Below the pieces are notes generated by a model, which saw only the letters and a list, made by a program, of their open reading frames with translations, searched no databases and was not told where the DNA came from. From assembly GCA_963805855.1 (NCBI GenBank), contig CAWDVW010000005.1:512001-576000 (forward strand): 64,000 nt of DNA, in the 5' to 3' direction. A program made the position numbers and the translations under genes. This document shows, one piece after another, positions 1 through 11,631 of this stretch. This DNA comes from Candidatus Dadabacteria bacterium (lineage in GTDB: Bacteria; Desulfobacterota_D; UBA1144; Nemesobacterales; CSP1-2). How positions within the stretch are numbered: the stretch's first letter is position 1; each line of letters begins with the position of its first letter.

Positions 1-1134
<1,134 letters not shown>

Positions 1135-2382
1135 CTAAATGCCTCCCTTGAGAAGTTCTTCCAAATTTGAAAACTCTCTACTTACACCACTTCTAGATTC
1201 AACTAACTTAATTCTTTTTGGCGTTTCGAGGAAGATCACTCCGTAAGAATTTGATTTTTTATTCTCCTTCATCCTGAACTTTTTTAAACTCACATCAGCT
1301 TTGAGATCAAGTATTACCTTAAAACCACTTGATCTTAGCCATTCGGCCAAACGTATCGCTTCAGGCCTAAGCCTCAGATTCTTAGGAATGATAACAAAGT
1401 GAACCTGATTGTCTTCCAGGTGCGGTTTTGTAATACTCAGTAACGATTCGATATCGATGGCAAATCCCGTTGCAGGGGTGTCGAAACCGTACCTGCCGAT
1501 TAGATCGTCATACCTCCCACCCCTGAGAAGGGCAGATGAAATATGTGGTGAAATAACTTCAAAGGTTACACCTGTGTAATAATTAAAACCCCTTAACTCA
1601 CCAAGATCAATATTCACCTTACAATCTAGGCCAAACTCGTCAAGCACATAAAGAACATTCTCTAGCTCACTTACATATTTTTTTAGTAATCCAATACCCT
1701 TAGCCCTTATGAGTATATCCCTACCGCCGTACAGCTCAGGCAGGGCAAGCAGGGCCTTTTTAACTCCCTTGGAAGTTTTCGCATGTTTGACTGCGTTCAC
1801 AAGCTGTTCATAATCTTTTTTCTTTAACGCTTCCTCTATCACCATTCGATGATTCCCAGTCTTTGAAAGCAGGTATCTCAAAAGTCCAGTGTGACCAATA
1901 TCCAACACAAGTTCTTTGGACCCGGCCTTGGTCAAAGATTTGACTGCCAGTGCTATTATTTCAGAATCGGACTCAGGAGAAGAAGACCCGATGAGTTCGC
2001 AACCAACCTGAAAAACTTCTCTTTCCTTGCCACTCCCCTTTTCTTCAAACCTGACCACCCTTCCATTGTAACAAAGCCTTAGAGGCTCTCGGTGGTCTTT
2101 TAATTGTGTTGCCACGATCCTGCCTACCTGGGGCGTTATATCCGGTCGTAAAGCAACAACGTCACCGGTTGATGGATCAACAAACTTCATTATTTTTTGC
2201 TTTAATTCATCCCCCAGGCCGACCGTGATTGCTTCAAGATATTCAAATAGAGGAGTAACCACCCGTCTGTATCCCCAGCGGGCGAATTCCGCCATCAAGA
2301 CTTCTTCAACTCTCCTTATTTCCTCTGCTTTTTGAGGTGTAAAATCCTTCACCCCTTGTGGGAGGCTAAGTCGGTTAACCAT
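1135..2382 (-). CDS. hisZ: ATP phosphoribosyltransferase regulatory subunit
   Basis: HisRS-like motifs (LPQGVKD, LRPDITPQV, REVFQVGCELIG, YYTG, GGRYD); hisZ-purA adjacency is a common arrangement. Confidence 0.9.
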   Translation of the reverse strand: MVNRLSLPQGVKDFTPQKAEEIRRVEEVLMAEFARWGYRRVVTPLFEYLEAITVGLGDELKQKIMKFVDPSTGDVVALRPDITPQVGRIVATQLKDHREPLRLCYNGRVVRFEEKGSGKEREVFQVGCELIGSSSPESDSEIIALAVKSLTKAGSKELVLDIGHTGLLRYLLSKTGNHRMVIEEALKKKDYEQLVNAVKHAKTSKGVKKALLALPELYGGRDILIRAKGIGLLKKYVSELENVLYVLDEFGLDCKVNIDLGELRGFNYYTGVTFEVISPHISSALLRGGRYDDLIGRYGFDTPATGFAIDIESLLSITKPHLEDNQVHFVIIPKNLRLRPEAIRLAEWLRSSGFKVILDLKADVSLKKFRMKENKKSNSYGVIFLETPKRIKLVESRSGVSREFSNLEELLKGGI

Positions 2383-3972
2383 CTAAAAACTTACCTGTGT
2401 TACAGAAATTATATATGGCAGTTTATGTATTTCCTCTATTACTTCGTCGGTAACTGGCGAGTCTATATTAATAAAACAAATAGCCCTACCCCCAATACTT
2501 TCCCGACCGAGATGCATCTGACCAATATTGACCCCTCTGTTCCCTAGGAGTGTACCCATTGCCCCTATAAACCCCGGCTTATCATAGTTCTCGCTGATTA
2601 AAAGGAACCCTTGGGGTATTACGTCGATTGGGAACCCATTGATCTTCACAAATCTTGGCTCTTCTAAACCGAAGATAGTTCCAGCAACTTGATTCTCGCC
2701 CATGTTTGTCTTGACTCTCATAGTTACCAAGCTCTTAAAATCCAGCGACTTTGAGGACTTTGACTCAATTACCTTAATTCCCCTCTCCTTGGCAAGAATC
2801 GGAGCATTAACATAGCTTACAACAATATCCATCATTGGCGAAAGAAATCCCTTTAGGGCCGCAATTGTAAGTGTCTCAACATCAAAGCCTGAAGCTTCTC
2901 CGTCATACAGAATCCGAATTTCTTCGACCGCTCCCTTGCAAAGCTGTCCCTGAAGACTCCCCAGCTTTTCCGCGAGTGTTATATAAGGCTTCATAACCTT
3001 TAGAAGCTCCAAGCTTATCGAAGGCATATTCACAGCGTTTCTGACAACACCATTCAAATGATAGTCTATAATTTGTTCCGCGATCGCAACAGAAACCTTA
3101 GTTTGTGCCTCTTCAGTTGAAGCACCAAGATGGGGAGTTAAAACCAAATCACCGTCAAGAGCCAAAAGGGGATTATCCTTGTCAGGCGGTTCCTTTGCGA
3201 AAACGTCTAATGCAGCTCCAGAAACTATTCCCGATTTAATCGCATCCGAGAGATCATCCTCGTTGACAATTCCACCGCGAGCACAATTAACTAAAATCAC
3301 CCCCCTTTTCATTCGCTCAAATGCTTCTTTTGAGAGGAGGTTTTTCGTTTCATTTGTGAGTGGAGTATGGACTGATATGATGTCAGAGTTTTCTATCAAT
3401 TCATCAAAAGATACAAGTTCAACCCCAAGCTTAGCACTGGCTTCAGGCGATAGGAAGGGATCATAGGCTACAACCTTCATCTTTAGTCCTATCGCTCTCT
3501 CAGCAACTAGCCTTCCGATATTACCAAGGCCAATTAAACCGAGGGTTTTCCCAAAAATCTCCCTCCCCTTAAATTTACTTCTCTCCCACAATCCCGATTT
3601 CACTGAAATATGAGCCTGGGGCACTCTGCGTGCAATAGACAGCATCAAGGCAATCGTATGCTCGGCAGTGGTAATTGCATTCGCCTCGGGCGTATTCATA
3701 ACTATAATGCCCTTTTTCGTGGCGCTGGCTACGTCAACATTATCCACACCTATGCCTGCACGACCAATTAAATGCAGCTTGCTTCCAGCAGCATCAATAA
3801 TGTCTGATGTGACATTTGTTGCGCTTCTTACTATTATCGAATCATAGTTACCAATAATATTCCTTAGTTCGTCCGGCGAAATACCCTTCCTTGAATCGAT
3901 TTCTATTCCGGGTTGGGATTTAAAAAGCTTCAACCCTTCCTCGGCAATACCATCCGTAATTAATATCTTCAA
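2383..3972 (-). CDS. serA: D-3-phosphoglycerate dehydrogenase (long form with ASB and ACT domains)
   Basis: [22 protein letters not shown] and TPHLGAST motifs plus a C-terminal ACT domain. Start placed at TTG 3972 after a GGAGG RBS. Confidence 0.95.
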   Translation of the reverse strand: MKILITDGIAEEGLKLFKSQPGIEIDSRKGISPDELRNIIGNYDSIIVRSATNVTSDIIDAAGSKLHLIGRAGIGVDNVDVASATKKGIIVMNTPEANAITTAEHTIALMLSIARRVPQAHISVKSGLWERSKFKGREIFGKTLGLIGLGNIGRLVAERAIGLKMKVVAYDPFLSPEASAKLGVELVSFDELIENSDIISVHTPLTNETKNLLSKEAFERMKRGVILVNCARGGIVNEDDLSDAIKSGIVSGAALDVFAKEPPDKDNPLLALDGDLVLTPHLGASTEEAQTKVSVAIAEQIIDYHLNGVVRNAVNMPSISLELLKVMKPYITLAEKLGSLQGQLCKGAVEEIRILYDGEASGFDVETLTIAALKGFLSPMMDIVVSYVNAPILAKERGIKVIESKSSKSLDFKSLVTMRVKTNMGENQVAGTIFGLEEPRFVKINGFPIDVIPQGFLLISENYDKPGFIGAMGTLLGNRGVNIGQMHLGRESIGGRAICFINIDSPVTDEVIEEIHKLPYIISVTQVSF

Positions 3973-4129
3973 ACTTCCCTCCACTGATAAAAAACATGCA
4001 TCATCCAAACTGGATTAAAATATAAGTTAGTGAGGAGTTTTGTCAATTTGCCTGGATTAGCGACACCGAGTATTAGAAAATCCTCTAAATTGTTTAGAGA
4101 TTCGAATTGAGTTAAGATTTAGCTCGTCT

Positions 4130-4894
4130 ATGAATGACGAAGCCAAAATGAGTTTTCTTGACCACCTCGGCGAACTAAGAAAGAGGATACTGTGGTCAAT
4201 TCTATCAATTCTCGTATTCTTTATTCCCGCATATGCTTTCTCTGAAAAGGTATTTGACTTGTTAATGTTGCCAATAATAAAGAATCTACCTGAAGGAAGC
4301 ACGCTCATTTTTACTAGACCCGCGGAGGGTTTCACTACCTACCTCAAGGTCTCCTTTTTCGCCGCAATCTTTGCAGCATTTCCATTCATTCTCTACCAGA
4401 TATGGAAATTTGTCGCTCCTGCCTTGTACAAGGAAGAAAAGAAGATAGTCGTACCCTTCATTCTATTTGGTACTATATTATTTCTGATTGGTGGAAGCTT
4501 TTGCTACTTCATCGCATCCCCTCCCGCCTTCAAATTCCTTCTTGGAGAGTATTCATCTGAGTATGTGAAGGCATTTCCCTCAATTAGTGAGGCCCTTTTT
4601 TTCTTCATGTCTTTGATAATCGGTTTCGGACTTGTTTTCGAATTTCCTCTCGTAGTATTCGTCCTTTCTAGGCTTGGGATTGTCAGTAGCAGGTTCCTAA
4701 GGGAAAAGAGAAAATATGCAATCCTCGCAGGAGCCGTTCTGGCGGCGATTCTCACGCCGACGACCGACGCTATTTCAATGATGTTCATGTTCGTGCCACT
4801 TCTGGTCTTTTACGAACTTGGAATACTGGTTGCATGGATATTCGGGAAGAAAAGGGAGAAGGTATCGGAGTCTGAAGCGGACACAATTGTATAA
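4130..4894 (+). CDS. tatC: Twin-arginine translocase subunit TatC
   Basis: MSFLDHLGELRKR, YQIWKFVAPALY, FEFP and ILTPTTD motifs; multiple TM segments. Confidence 0.96.
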   Translation: MNDEAKMSFLDHLGELRKRILWSILSILVFFIPAYAFSEKVFDLLMLPIIKNLPEGSTLIFTRPAEGFTTYLKVSFFAAIFAAFPFILYQIWKFVAPALYKEEKKIVVPFILFGTILFLIGGSFCYFIASPPAFKFLLGEYSSEYVKAFPSISEALFFFMSLIIGFGLVFEFPLVVFVLSRLGIVSSRFLREKRKYAILAGAVLAAILTPTTDAISMMFMFVPLLVFYELGILVAWIFGKKREKVSESEADTIV

Positions 4895-4984
4895 TCGGAA
4901 TTTGTAATGACACACATCAAAGTTGTCACCAATTTGATTTTGGGTAATATTTAGACTTTTTCAAAAATTCAAGAGGGGATTTTC

Positions 4985-6151
4985 TTGTTACGAGCCGGGC
5001 TGATTTCTTCAAGATTTGTTGGTGATTTTGATGAGGGAGATTTTTATCATCACGGTGCTATCCAAATAACACCACCTAGGAACAGGGAATACATAAACAA
5101 GTACAAAGACGGACTATTGCTCGGTGCTAATCCCGAATTGTGTTACCACCTTGGATACCAGGATCCCGATTCGACAAATAAACACGAAAAATGCGGAATA
5201 GTAAAACCCGCGTTGGTAAGTCAGGGTTTTATATTTAACGCCGGTTTCGGCTTGAGCGTCCACGACATTTCATTCAATGCCATAGCAAATCTCTCATACA
5301 GCGACCTGAGATTCGGTGCACCTGTTTACGAAGGCGACGTTGTGTATGCCAGATCCGAGGTCCTGGGTAAACAATTCAGAAGGGATGCATCAACAAGTGG
5401 CTCTGTTCAGGTCAAAACAACCGTATATAACCAACTTGGAGTAACTGTCCTCGAATACGTAAGACAAGTGCTGGTGAGAGGGGAACCCGGTAAAACCTAT
5501 CCACAGTCAAACACTATTAAACCCCAACCCGATAGAATCAAGCTAGACAATGCTGTCCTTCCCAACGAATTTTTTAAGCTACCTGACGAACTGCTAGGTG
5601 AAAATGGTAAGACATTTGAAAATTTCAAAATTGGAGACATTTATAGGGGAACTTTCGAAGACCAAATAAATTTCGTAGATTTTAGCTGGCTCCAGATTGC
5701 AACCCTTAACGACGCCGCCGTGCATCATAATCCTGCATCCGCCTTCATCGGATACGGTGGAGCCGTGAAAGCAATGGCAGAAGGTGAAGTAAGCAGACAC
5801 TTTCCTCTCGCATATCATTTGGGTATGAATAGTGGTGCCCATAACGCTCCCACTTACCCCGCGGATATAGTTAAGCTGCTTTTTGCTAACGGTAACGAAG
5901 GTGAACATGAGAAAATTAGATCGAAGATCGAAATAATAGATACTAACTCTATAGTTGGAAGAGACGACATAGGTGTAATAACCATAAATCTCATCGGCGA
6001 AAAATACGTCACTGACGCGGGCATTAAAGCACTTGAGGAAGCTAAGTTTGGAGGGATAGACCAAGTTTTTGAGGAAAACGGGAAGCGATATCTCCGGGTT
6101 TTAACGTTAGAGCAGATTTTGGCAGTGCCCACGAAAATGGCTTTTATATAA
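4985..6151 (+). CDS. MaoC-like double-hotdog hydratase, mesaconyl-CoA (2-methylfumaryl-CoA) hydratase-like
   Basis: SVHDISFNAIANLSYSDLRFGAPVYEGDVVYARSEVLG resembles the Mch motif (VPDISxNAIANLGY...PVYPGD); a second hotdog repeat begins FENFKIGD and contains NDAAVHHN. Confidence 0.7.
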   Translation: MLRAGLISSRFVGDFDEGDFYHHGAIQITPPRNREYINKYKDGLLLGANPELCYHLGYQDPDSTNKHEKCGIVKPALVSQGFIFNAGFGLSVHDISFNAIANLSYSDLRFGAPVYEGDVVYARSEVLGKQFRRDASTSGSVQVKTTVYNQLGVTVLEYVRQVLVRGEPGKTYPQSNTIKPQPDRIKLDNAVLPNEFFKLPDELLGENGKTFENFKIGDIYRGTFEDQINFVDFSWLQIATLNDAAVHHNPASAFIGYGGAVKAMAEGEVSRHFPLAYHLGMNSGAHNAPTYPADIVKLLFANGNEGEHEKIRSKIEIIDTNSIVGRDDIGVITINLIGEKYVTDAGIKALEEAKFGGIDQVFEENGKRYLRVLTLEQILAVPTKMAFI

Positions 6152-6186
6152 GAAATAATGCCTGACACTTTCCTCCCTCGCTGGAG

Positions 6187-6219
6187 CCCGTCCTGAGTGA
6201 AATCGGAGGAAGGGAAGGA
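6187..6219. repeat. Degenerate REP-like element, family A (CCTGAG...GAAGG)
   Basis: cccgtcctgagtgaaatcgggagaagggaagga resembles the copies at 14.3, 22.5 and 38.2 kb. Confidence 0.45.
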
Positions 6220-6239
6220 TCAAGGTTGCGGAGGAAAAA

Positions 6240-7955
6240 ATGCCAAAAAATAACAGACAAAGAAAACCCTTAGACCTTCATCATCCACTTACCTATAAGA
6301 GAAGAAAAAAATTTGATGTGGAATGGTATTTGAAAGAGGATAGGTCAAAATGGGTATTGCCAAACATATTACGGGAGCAAGCGAAAAAGCTTGGAAGGAA
6401 ACCATTCCTTCAGTTCGGATACAGAAAACCGCTGAGTTTCTATCAAACTAACCAACTAGCAAATAAGATCGCAAACGGCTTAATAAAACTGGGAGTGCAA
6501 AAGGGAGATAAAGTTGCGGTCTACATGCCTAACTCGGAGGATTATGTAATTGTCTGGTTTGGTATCCTGAAGGTTGGTGCGGTCATGGTACCTATAAATA
6601 CGGCTTACAAGATGGATTTTCTTCAATACATAATCGACAGCTCCGACTCAAAAGTCTTATTCATAGCAGAAGAATATCTTGACAGAATGCCCCCAATCGC
6701 AAAGAGGATTCCCAAGGTAGAAACCGTGATCGTATGGACTAGAGAAGGAAGCAACAAATTTGATAGACAGGGATTTAACTTCAAAACGATGGTTTCATAT
6801 AACAGGTTCATCAATTCCCAGAAGAGTACGGAGCCGGGAATCGAGGTTACGTTCATGGATTTTGCCAGGTTGATGTACACATCCGGGACAACAGGACGAT
6901 CTAAGGGCGTTATGAGACCGTGCGCAGCCGATTACAGCAGTGCCCGAAACTATGCTGAAATCATGGACGTTGGTCCCGATGATGTCTGCTTCACATGCCT
7001 TCCCCTCTTCCATTCAAATGCAATGGTAATGACGGTGTATCCGGCCCTGATTAAAGGGGCCAAAGTGATAGTTGAGGAGAAATACAGCGCAAGCCGGTTC
7101 TGGAAATGGATTAAAGACCATGGAGTTACCAAATTTAACATTGTCGGCACGATGTCCTACTTCATGTGGAACACACCTCCAGTGCCTGAAGAGAAGGAGC
7201 ATAAAGTCAAATTAGTTCTGGGATCGCCCGCACCTCATGACATTATTGTGGAATTCATGAATAGATTTAATATTAAATTTATGGAAGGCTATGGCCTGAC
7301 TGAAATCGGTCAATGCACATGGATGCGCCCTGGGGAGCCGTTCAGGGTTGGATCATGTGGAAAGGAGGCGCCTGGCTATGAGATCAAAATAACAGACCCT
7401 GAAACCGATGAGGAAGTTTCGAGGGGACAGGTCGGAGAGATAGTAGTTCGGCCCAGGATACCAAACATAATGCTGCACTACTATCATAAGATGCCCGAAA
7501 AGACCGTAGAGGACTTTCGCAACTTCTGGTTTCATACGGGCGATGCCGGAAGAATGGACAAAGATGGTTATATCTACTTCGTCGACAGGGTAAAGGATTA
7601 CATTCGCAGGAGGGGCGAGAACATAAGCTCATTCGAAGTCGAAAAGATAGTAGGCTCTTACCCCGATGTTGAAGAATCCGCGGCCATAGGAATAAAGGCT
7701 GACACAGGTAGATTTGCGGAAGATGACTTGATGGTTGTCGTTGTTCCTAAGAAGGGTAAGAAAATCGATCCCGTTAAACTTCTGCAATTTCTGGAACCTA
7801 AAATGCCTCATTTCATGATTCCCAGATTTATACGTTTTGAGAAATCACTACCTATGACCGGCACCCAAAGGGTACAAAAAAATAAACTCCGAGATCAGGG
7901 TATTACCAAAGACACATGGGACAGGGAAAAGGCGGGATATAAGATCAAGCGCTAG
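6240..7955 (+). CDS. AMP-dependent acyl-CoA ligase (CaiC-like)
   Basis: MYTSGTTGRSKG, EGYGLTE, FHTGDAG and DRVKDYIRRRGENISSFEVE motifs. Confidence 0.92.
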   Translation: MPKNNRQRKPLDLHHPLTYKRRKKFDVEWYLKEDRSKWVLPNILREQAKKLGRKPFLQFGYRKPLSFYQTNQLANKIANGLIKLGVQKGDKVAVYMPNSEDYVIVWFGILKVGAVMVPINTAYKMDFLQYIIDSSDSKVLFIAEEYLDRMPPIAKRIPKVETVIVWTREGSNKFDRQGFNFKTMVSYNRFINSQKSTEPGIEVTFMDFARLMYTSGTTGRSKGVMRPCAADYSSARNYAEIMDVGPDDVCFTCLPLFHSNAMVMTVYPALIKGAKVIVEEKYSASRFWKWIKDHGVTKFNIVGTMSYFMWNTPPVPEEKEHKVKLVLGSPAPHDIIVEFMNRFNIKFMEGYGLTEIGQCTWMRPGEPFRVGSCGKEAPGYEIKITDPETDEEVSRGQVGEIVVRPRIPNIMLHYYHKMPEKTVEDFRNFWFHTGDAGRMDKDGYIYFVDRVKDYIRRRGENISSFEVEKIVGSYPDVEESAAIGIKADTGRFAEDDLMVVVVPKKGKKIDPVKLLQFLEPKMPHFMIPRFIRFEKSLPMTGTQRVQKNKLRDQGITKDTWDREKAGYKIKR

Positions 7956-8269
7956 TTAATTTCTCCAAATTTCGCAATGCCCACTGCAACTAGATCGCAT
8001 TGCTCGCGAACCTACATTGGATGGATAACCCTCTAGTAAGCCACAGAAGATTCGCGAGCTAAATTTCTAAGAAACGTCGTATCCTTGCAATCTTTTTCTC
8101 ACGAGTGGACCATTTCAAATCGCGGATGCTCATTCTTCTCTTTCGTTTGTGGTTTCTCCAATAAAAGGTTTGCGTTGTTCCCTTTTACTATACCTAAGTG
8201 GTGATATTTCTGCTTTGCACTTAACTCGTGACGTTATCACTTTGTAAAAACATGAGTTGAAAGAAGTTT

Positions 8270-8297
8270 TTGACTAATGATTTCTTTTGTGTATCAT
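8270..8297 (+). promoter_or_regulatory. Putative sigma70 promoter
   Basis: TTGACT-16 nt-TATCAT, about 350 nt upstream of the ORF at 8649. Confidence 0.5.
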
Positions 8298-8304
8298 TCA
8301 TTAA

Positions 8305-8600
8305 CTCACAAAGCGTTGAGAAACCGTCCTTACATCTTATTTAGTATCTCAACTTGTAAAGCCTAGGTAGTCCAAACAGAATACCTTCACAATTGAGTGT
8401 TTAAGCGAGCTAAATCTGGAAAAGGTTGCACAACGACCTTTTTGCCGGCCAGGTGTGAATGATTCATTATGCCCTCTGCACAGAAGGCGCAAGGGTGCTC
8501 GCAAGAACGTTTGAAATGCCCGATGGAGCCTCGAAGAATCAGAATGGCTTCTCAGCCGAAGAGTGAAGGGCAAAATCGGAACTTAAGCCCAAAAAGTAAA
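8305..8600 (+). ncRNA. Candidate structured 5' leader or ncRNA, family unknown
   Basis: Series of hand-found stems: GTTGAGA/TCTCAAC, AGGTA/TACCT, GCGAGC/GCTCGC enclosing ATCTGG/CCAGGT and AAAAGGTTG/CGACCTTTT, GCCCT/AGGGT, and GCCC/GGGC enclosing GGAGCC/GGCTTC. Confidence 0.4.
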
Positions 8601-8648
8601 TCATTAAATTGTATTGTAGGAAAATAAATTAAATAGGAGGCCAAAAAT

Positions 8649-9353
8649 ATGGCTCTAAAGACAGAAACGACAAAGGGAAATGGTGTACGAGGGGCAGTAA
8701 GAGGGATCACGGCATCCGTTAGTGAGAATCATCTAAATAGTGTAAAGCGTTGCCTTTCCGTCTTGCAAGAGAATCTAAGAGCCTTCAACATACAGGTTGA
8801 GCAGCTACTTAATCTTCAGCGAGATCACATCAGTACTGGACTAGTGTTCTACAATAACTCTCCGTTAGGAACGCTTTGGAACGGAAACCCAATGGCTTTA
8901 AATGGTAGGGTTGGTGGCATTGTTGATAGCATTGTGGATTTCCAGAAAGACTACGCTAAATTAGTTACAAGCGTATCAGATAACGTTATAACGGAAACTC
9001 TTAAAATCACTCAGAAGAAGGAAAAGCAAAGCTCTGTAAATTACCTTGAACCTATATGTCTTTTTATAGTGAAAGATAAAGTAGAAGAGTCGGATGAAAA
9101 AGAAATAGAAAAGGCAGTAGACGAATTCCTTTCTCAGTTTAAGATTATTAGAACCCTAAACCCGTTATTCAGGTGTTTTTTAGGTAGATGGAAAACCGAG
9201 ATAACCAAAAAAAACGAAGATAGAATTATCAGACTAGTTGATAATCTGAAATCAGTTGACGGTATTTATTCGGTAATACCAGCCCTTACATTGACTAATA
9301 TGTTAAAGCAACAAGAGCTCACTTGGAAGGCTTGGAGAGAGGTAATTTCCTGA
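8649..9353 (+). CDS. Hypothetical protein (helical, possibly phasin-like N-terminal half; small alpha/beta C-terminal domain)
   Basis: Strong AGGAGG RBS and a 234-aa ORF. The domain guess rests only on amphipathic helix patterning. Confidence 0.75.
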   Translation: MALKTETTKGNGVRGAVRGITASVSENHLNSVKRCLSVLQENLRAFNIQVEQLLNLQRDHISTGLVFYNNSPLGTLWNGNPMALNGRVGGIVDSIVDFQKDYAKLVTSVSDNVITETLKITQKKEKQSSVNYLEPICLFIVKDKVEESDEKEIEKAVDEFLSQFKIIRTLNPLFRCFLGRWKTEITKKNEDRIIRLVDNLKSVDGIYSVIPALTLTNMLKQQELTWKAWREVIS

Positions 9354-9366
9354 TACCGAAAAGGAA

Positions 9367-9535
9367 GACAGGGGTGCGTCTCCCGTTATTTTACACTTCG
9401 GCAGGCTCAAGTGTGAACGGATCATCTTTTTTACTTCAATCCTGACGGCCCAGGTTATCGAAGGGCTACAGAAACAATAGGCAGGGTTTTCCAACCCCGC
9501 GATCAATATGTAAGACAGGACTGTCTCGGCTATCG
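9367..9535. repeat. Cluster of REP-like palindromes (families A and C)
   Basis: acacttcggcaggctcaagtgtgaacgg (9393) matches 22300; ataggcagggttttccaaccccgc (9477) matches 55545; gacaggactgtctcggctatc (9514) matches 55443. Confidence 0.8.
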
Positions 9536-9600
9536 TTATCACAGACCCGTATCAAGGAATGCAGAATAATCAAATTCAAATCCTTCAATATATGAATTCC

Positions 9601-10200
9601 CTAAATATCCTTAACCATCAGTAAAGCATAGCCCGCATAACGGATCAATTCATGAGGTACAACCTTTTCACGCGCTATCTCATAATAGCCGTGACGATCA
9701 TATAGCTTCTTCGCACCTCGATTTTCCTCGAAAACAATTAAACTTATCTGGTTTAGTCCCAGACCTTTTGCTTGCCGCTCTGCGATTTCTAGAAATTTAC
9801 TCCCGATACCCTTTCCCCTATACTCAGGAAAAACTGCCATACCAGCTATATAATAGCTATTGGGTTGTTCGAGTTTGGTATACGGAGCAAGTATCGGATC
9901 GACGTCCTTTTCACTATTACTGCTATCCTCGGTCTCCATAGGAAAGGCAGCAATCATACCTACAATCTCACCAGCTATTTCGGCAATAGTGCAGTTCTGG
10001 TAGTTAAATTGGGTATCTTCACGGGAATAACGACGTTCGCCAACATCTAATATGTTTTCACCCGGTTCTGCCAACGTGCTCCATGTGTAGTCCGCTACGC
10101 CATCAGAAGAAATACTAAAAAGTTCCGCAATGATTCTTGATTCCTCTTTTCTAGCAGGACGACATCTGATTCTATCAAGCATATGAGCAGCCAACGTCAT
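9601..10200 (-). CDS. GNAT family N-acetyltransferase
   Basis: MAVFPEYRGKGIGSKFL acetyl-CoA motif A, followed by N..AKKLYDRHGY. Confidence 0.9.
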   Translation of the reverse strand: MTLAAHMLDRIRCRPARKEESRIIAELFSISSDGVADYTWSTLAEPGENILDVGERRYSREDTQFNYQNCTIAEIAGEIVGMIAAFPMETEDSSNSEKDVDPILAPYTKLEQPNSYYIAGMAVFPEYRGKGIGSKFLEIAERQAKGLGLNQISLIVFEENRGAKKLYDRHGYYEIAREKVVPHELIRYAGYALLMVKDI

Positions 10201-10447
10201 CTAAATAATCTCAATAACCCAAGACGGATAGTATTACCTCGTCAAACTGACAATTTATTCAGCTTTCAAAATAAACTAACCAGCTCACCAACATCTTCTC
10301 GCGAAGAAGCTTGTTGGGTTTCGGGGCATTCCATGCGCGTCTTCCTTGTGGGTGTATTGCTTTTCCCCTAATCCTTCTTGAATTAGCCTGTTTCCGCAGA
10401 AATTTTGAATACGCTTTGTGTGGCGCACTTATTTCCGAAACATAAAG

Positions 10448-11455
10448 TTATTCGAAAGAATCTTGAGTATTATTTTTTTTGCCGGAAGAACCACAAAAGG
10501 TAGCGATTGCAGACATCACTTCACGTTCGAAGAACCCGCCTGCCGGTCGATTGACCAAAGTATTATTTACAACGAGTGTCGAAGAACCTCCTCCGTCAAG
10601 ATTAATTGCATCGACTGCCCCCAAATCAAGCATCAGTGTTGAAAGCTCATCAAGGGTTACTCCTCTGCTATCAGATTGACGTCCGTCTACGACCAACAGT
10701 ATTAATGCACCATCAGCGGTGACTCCTGCGGCTGTTCGGGGGTTAAACTGGTTGAATGATTTTGCAAAAAACGCCTCCTCGTCCGAAGTAACATGCATAT
10801 TTCCATCTACCACTAGGGCCGGGCCAGCACCAATCGCATCTCTAACATTCCATTCCTTTGCATTGTCATAGTTATGCGGGCCAGCGGGTTGGCCTGGACG
10901 ATGATTAGGAGGCTCGGACCATTCATAGAGTTTATTATCGTGAGTTGTGACCCAAGCAATATCAACATCTCCATTTTCCTTAAAACCAATTGCTGCACGG
11001 GCCGTATGGTATCGATCAGAATTAAGAATGATAGAATTGGTGGCTGGTTTTATTATGGTCCCGTCAGAAACCAAAAGACCAACGTGCTCTGATGGAGTTA
11101 GATCGTTTCTGAAGAACCCGCCGTTAACGACGACGCAGGCACCGAGATCCTTCGAAAAACTGGAGACTGTTTCACGATTATCGGTCCTGTCATCAGAAAC
11201 CACGACCTTGGTCTTAATGTTTGGTTGCTTTTGATCGATATATACATACCAGGCACGTAGCGGAAGTGCCTGATTGAATCCACCGTAGACCCTAACTCCA
11301 TGAGGTAGATTTTTATTCACGGACTCAATAGGCTTCCAATCCATGGAAAGCCTTTGATCAATTGCCAAGTCATCTGAGTAGACGGCGTGAGTGGACACGA
11401 AAAGAACGCTGAAAAGAATTAATAAAGAGGCTTGAAATAGTCTTATTGAATTCAT
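10448..11455 (-). CDS. Secreted phosphodiester glycosidase (NAGPA family)
   Basis: VNGGFF, AGPALV, NPRTAAG, VVDGR and AINLDGGGSSTL motifs; signal peptide after the ATG at 11455. Confidence 0.88.
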   Translation of the reverse strand: MNSIRLFQASLLILFSVLFVSTHAVYSDDLAIDQRLSMDWKPIESVNKNLPHGVRVYGGFNQALPLRAWYVYIDQKQPNIKTKVVVSDDRTDNRETVSSFSKDLGACVVVNGGFFRNDLTPSEHVGLLVSDGTIIKPATNSIILNSDRYHTARAAIGFKENGDVDIAWVTTHDNKLYEWSEPPNHRPGQPAGPHNYDNAKEWNVRDAIGAGPALVVDGNMHVTSDEEAFFAKSFNQFNPRTAAGVTADGALILLVVDGRQSDSRGVTLDELSTLMLDLGAVDAINLDGGGSSTLVVNNTLVNRPAGGFFEREVMSAIATFCGSSGKKNNTQDSFE

Positions 11456-11631
11456 TGATAACTTCTCAGCATTGGTAACAAGTAGCTCAATACCAATTGA
11501 TACTAAGATATATCCGGTTTTGGACAAAATCAATTAAGGTGTCGATGGATTCTATTTTTTCGTAAGAATCTAGAATATTAACTTGGGCCATTCATTTCCA
11601 GTTTATTAAGGAAGTTCGGACTGATTAAATT

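Noticed and set aside
8517-8555. Fluoride riboswitch-like GATGGAG...AATGGCTTCT
   Set aside because: No proper P1 (GGCGA/TCGCC type) or P2 hairpin, the spacing is too short, and no fluoride-related gene follows.
8414-8575. Glycine riboswitch
   Set aside because: Only scattered fragments match; the conserved CTCTCAGG strands and GGAGA context are missing.
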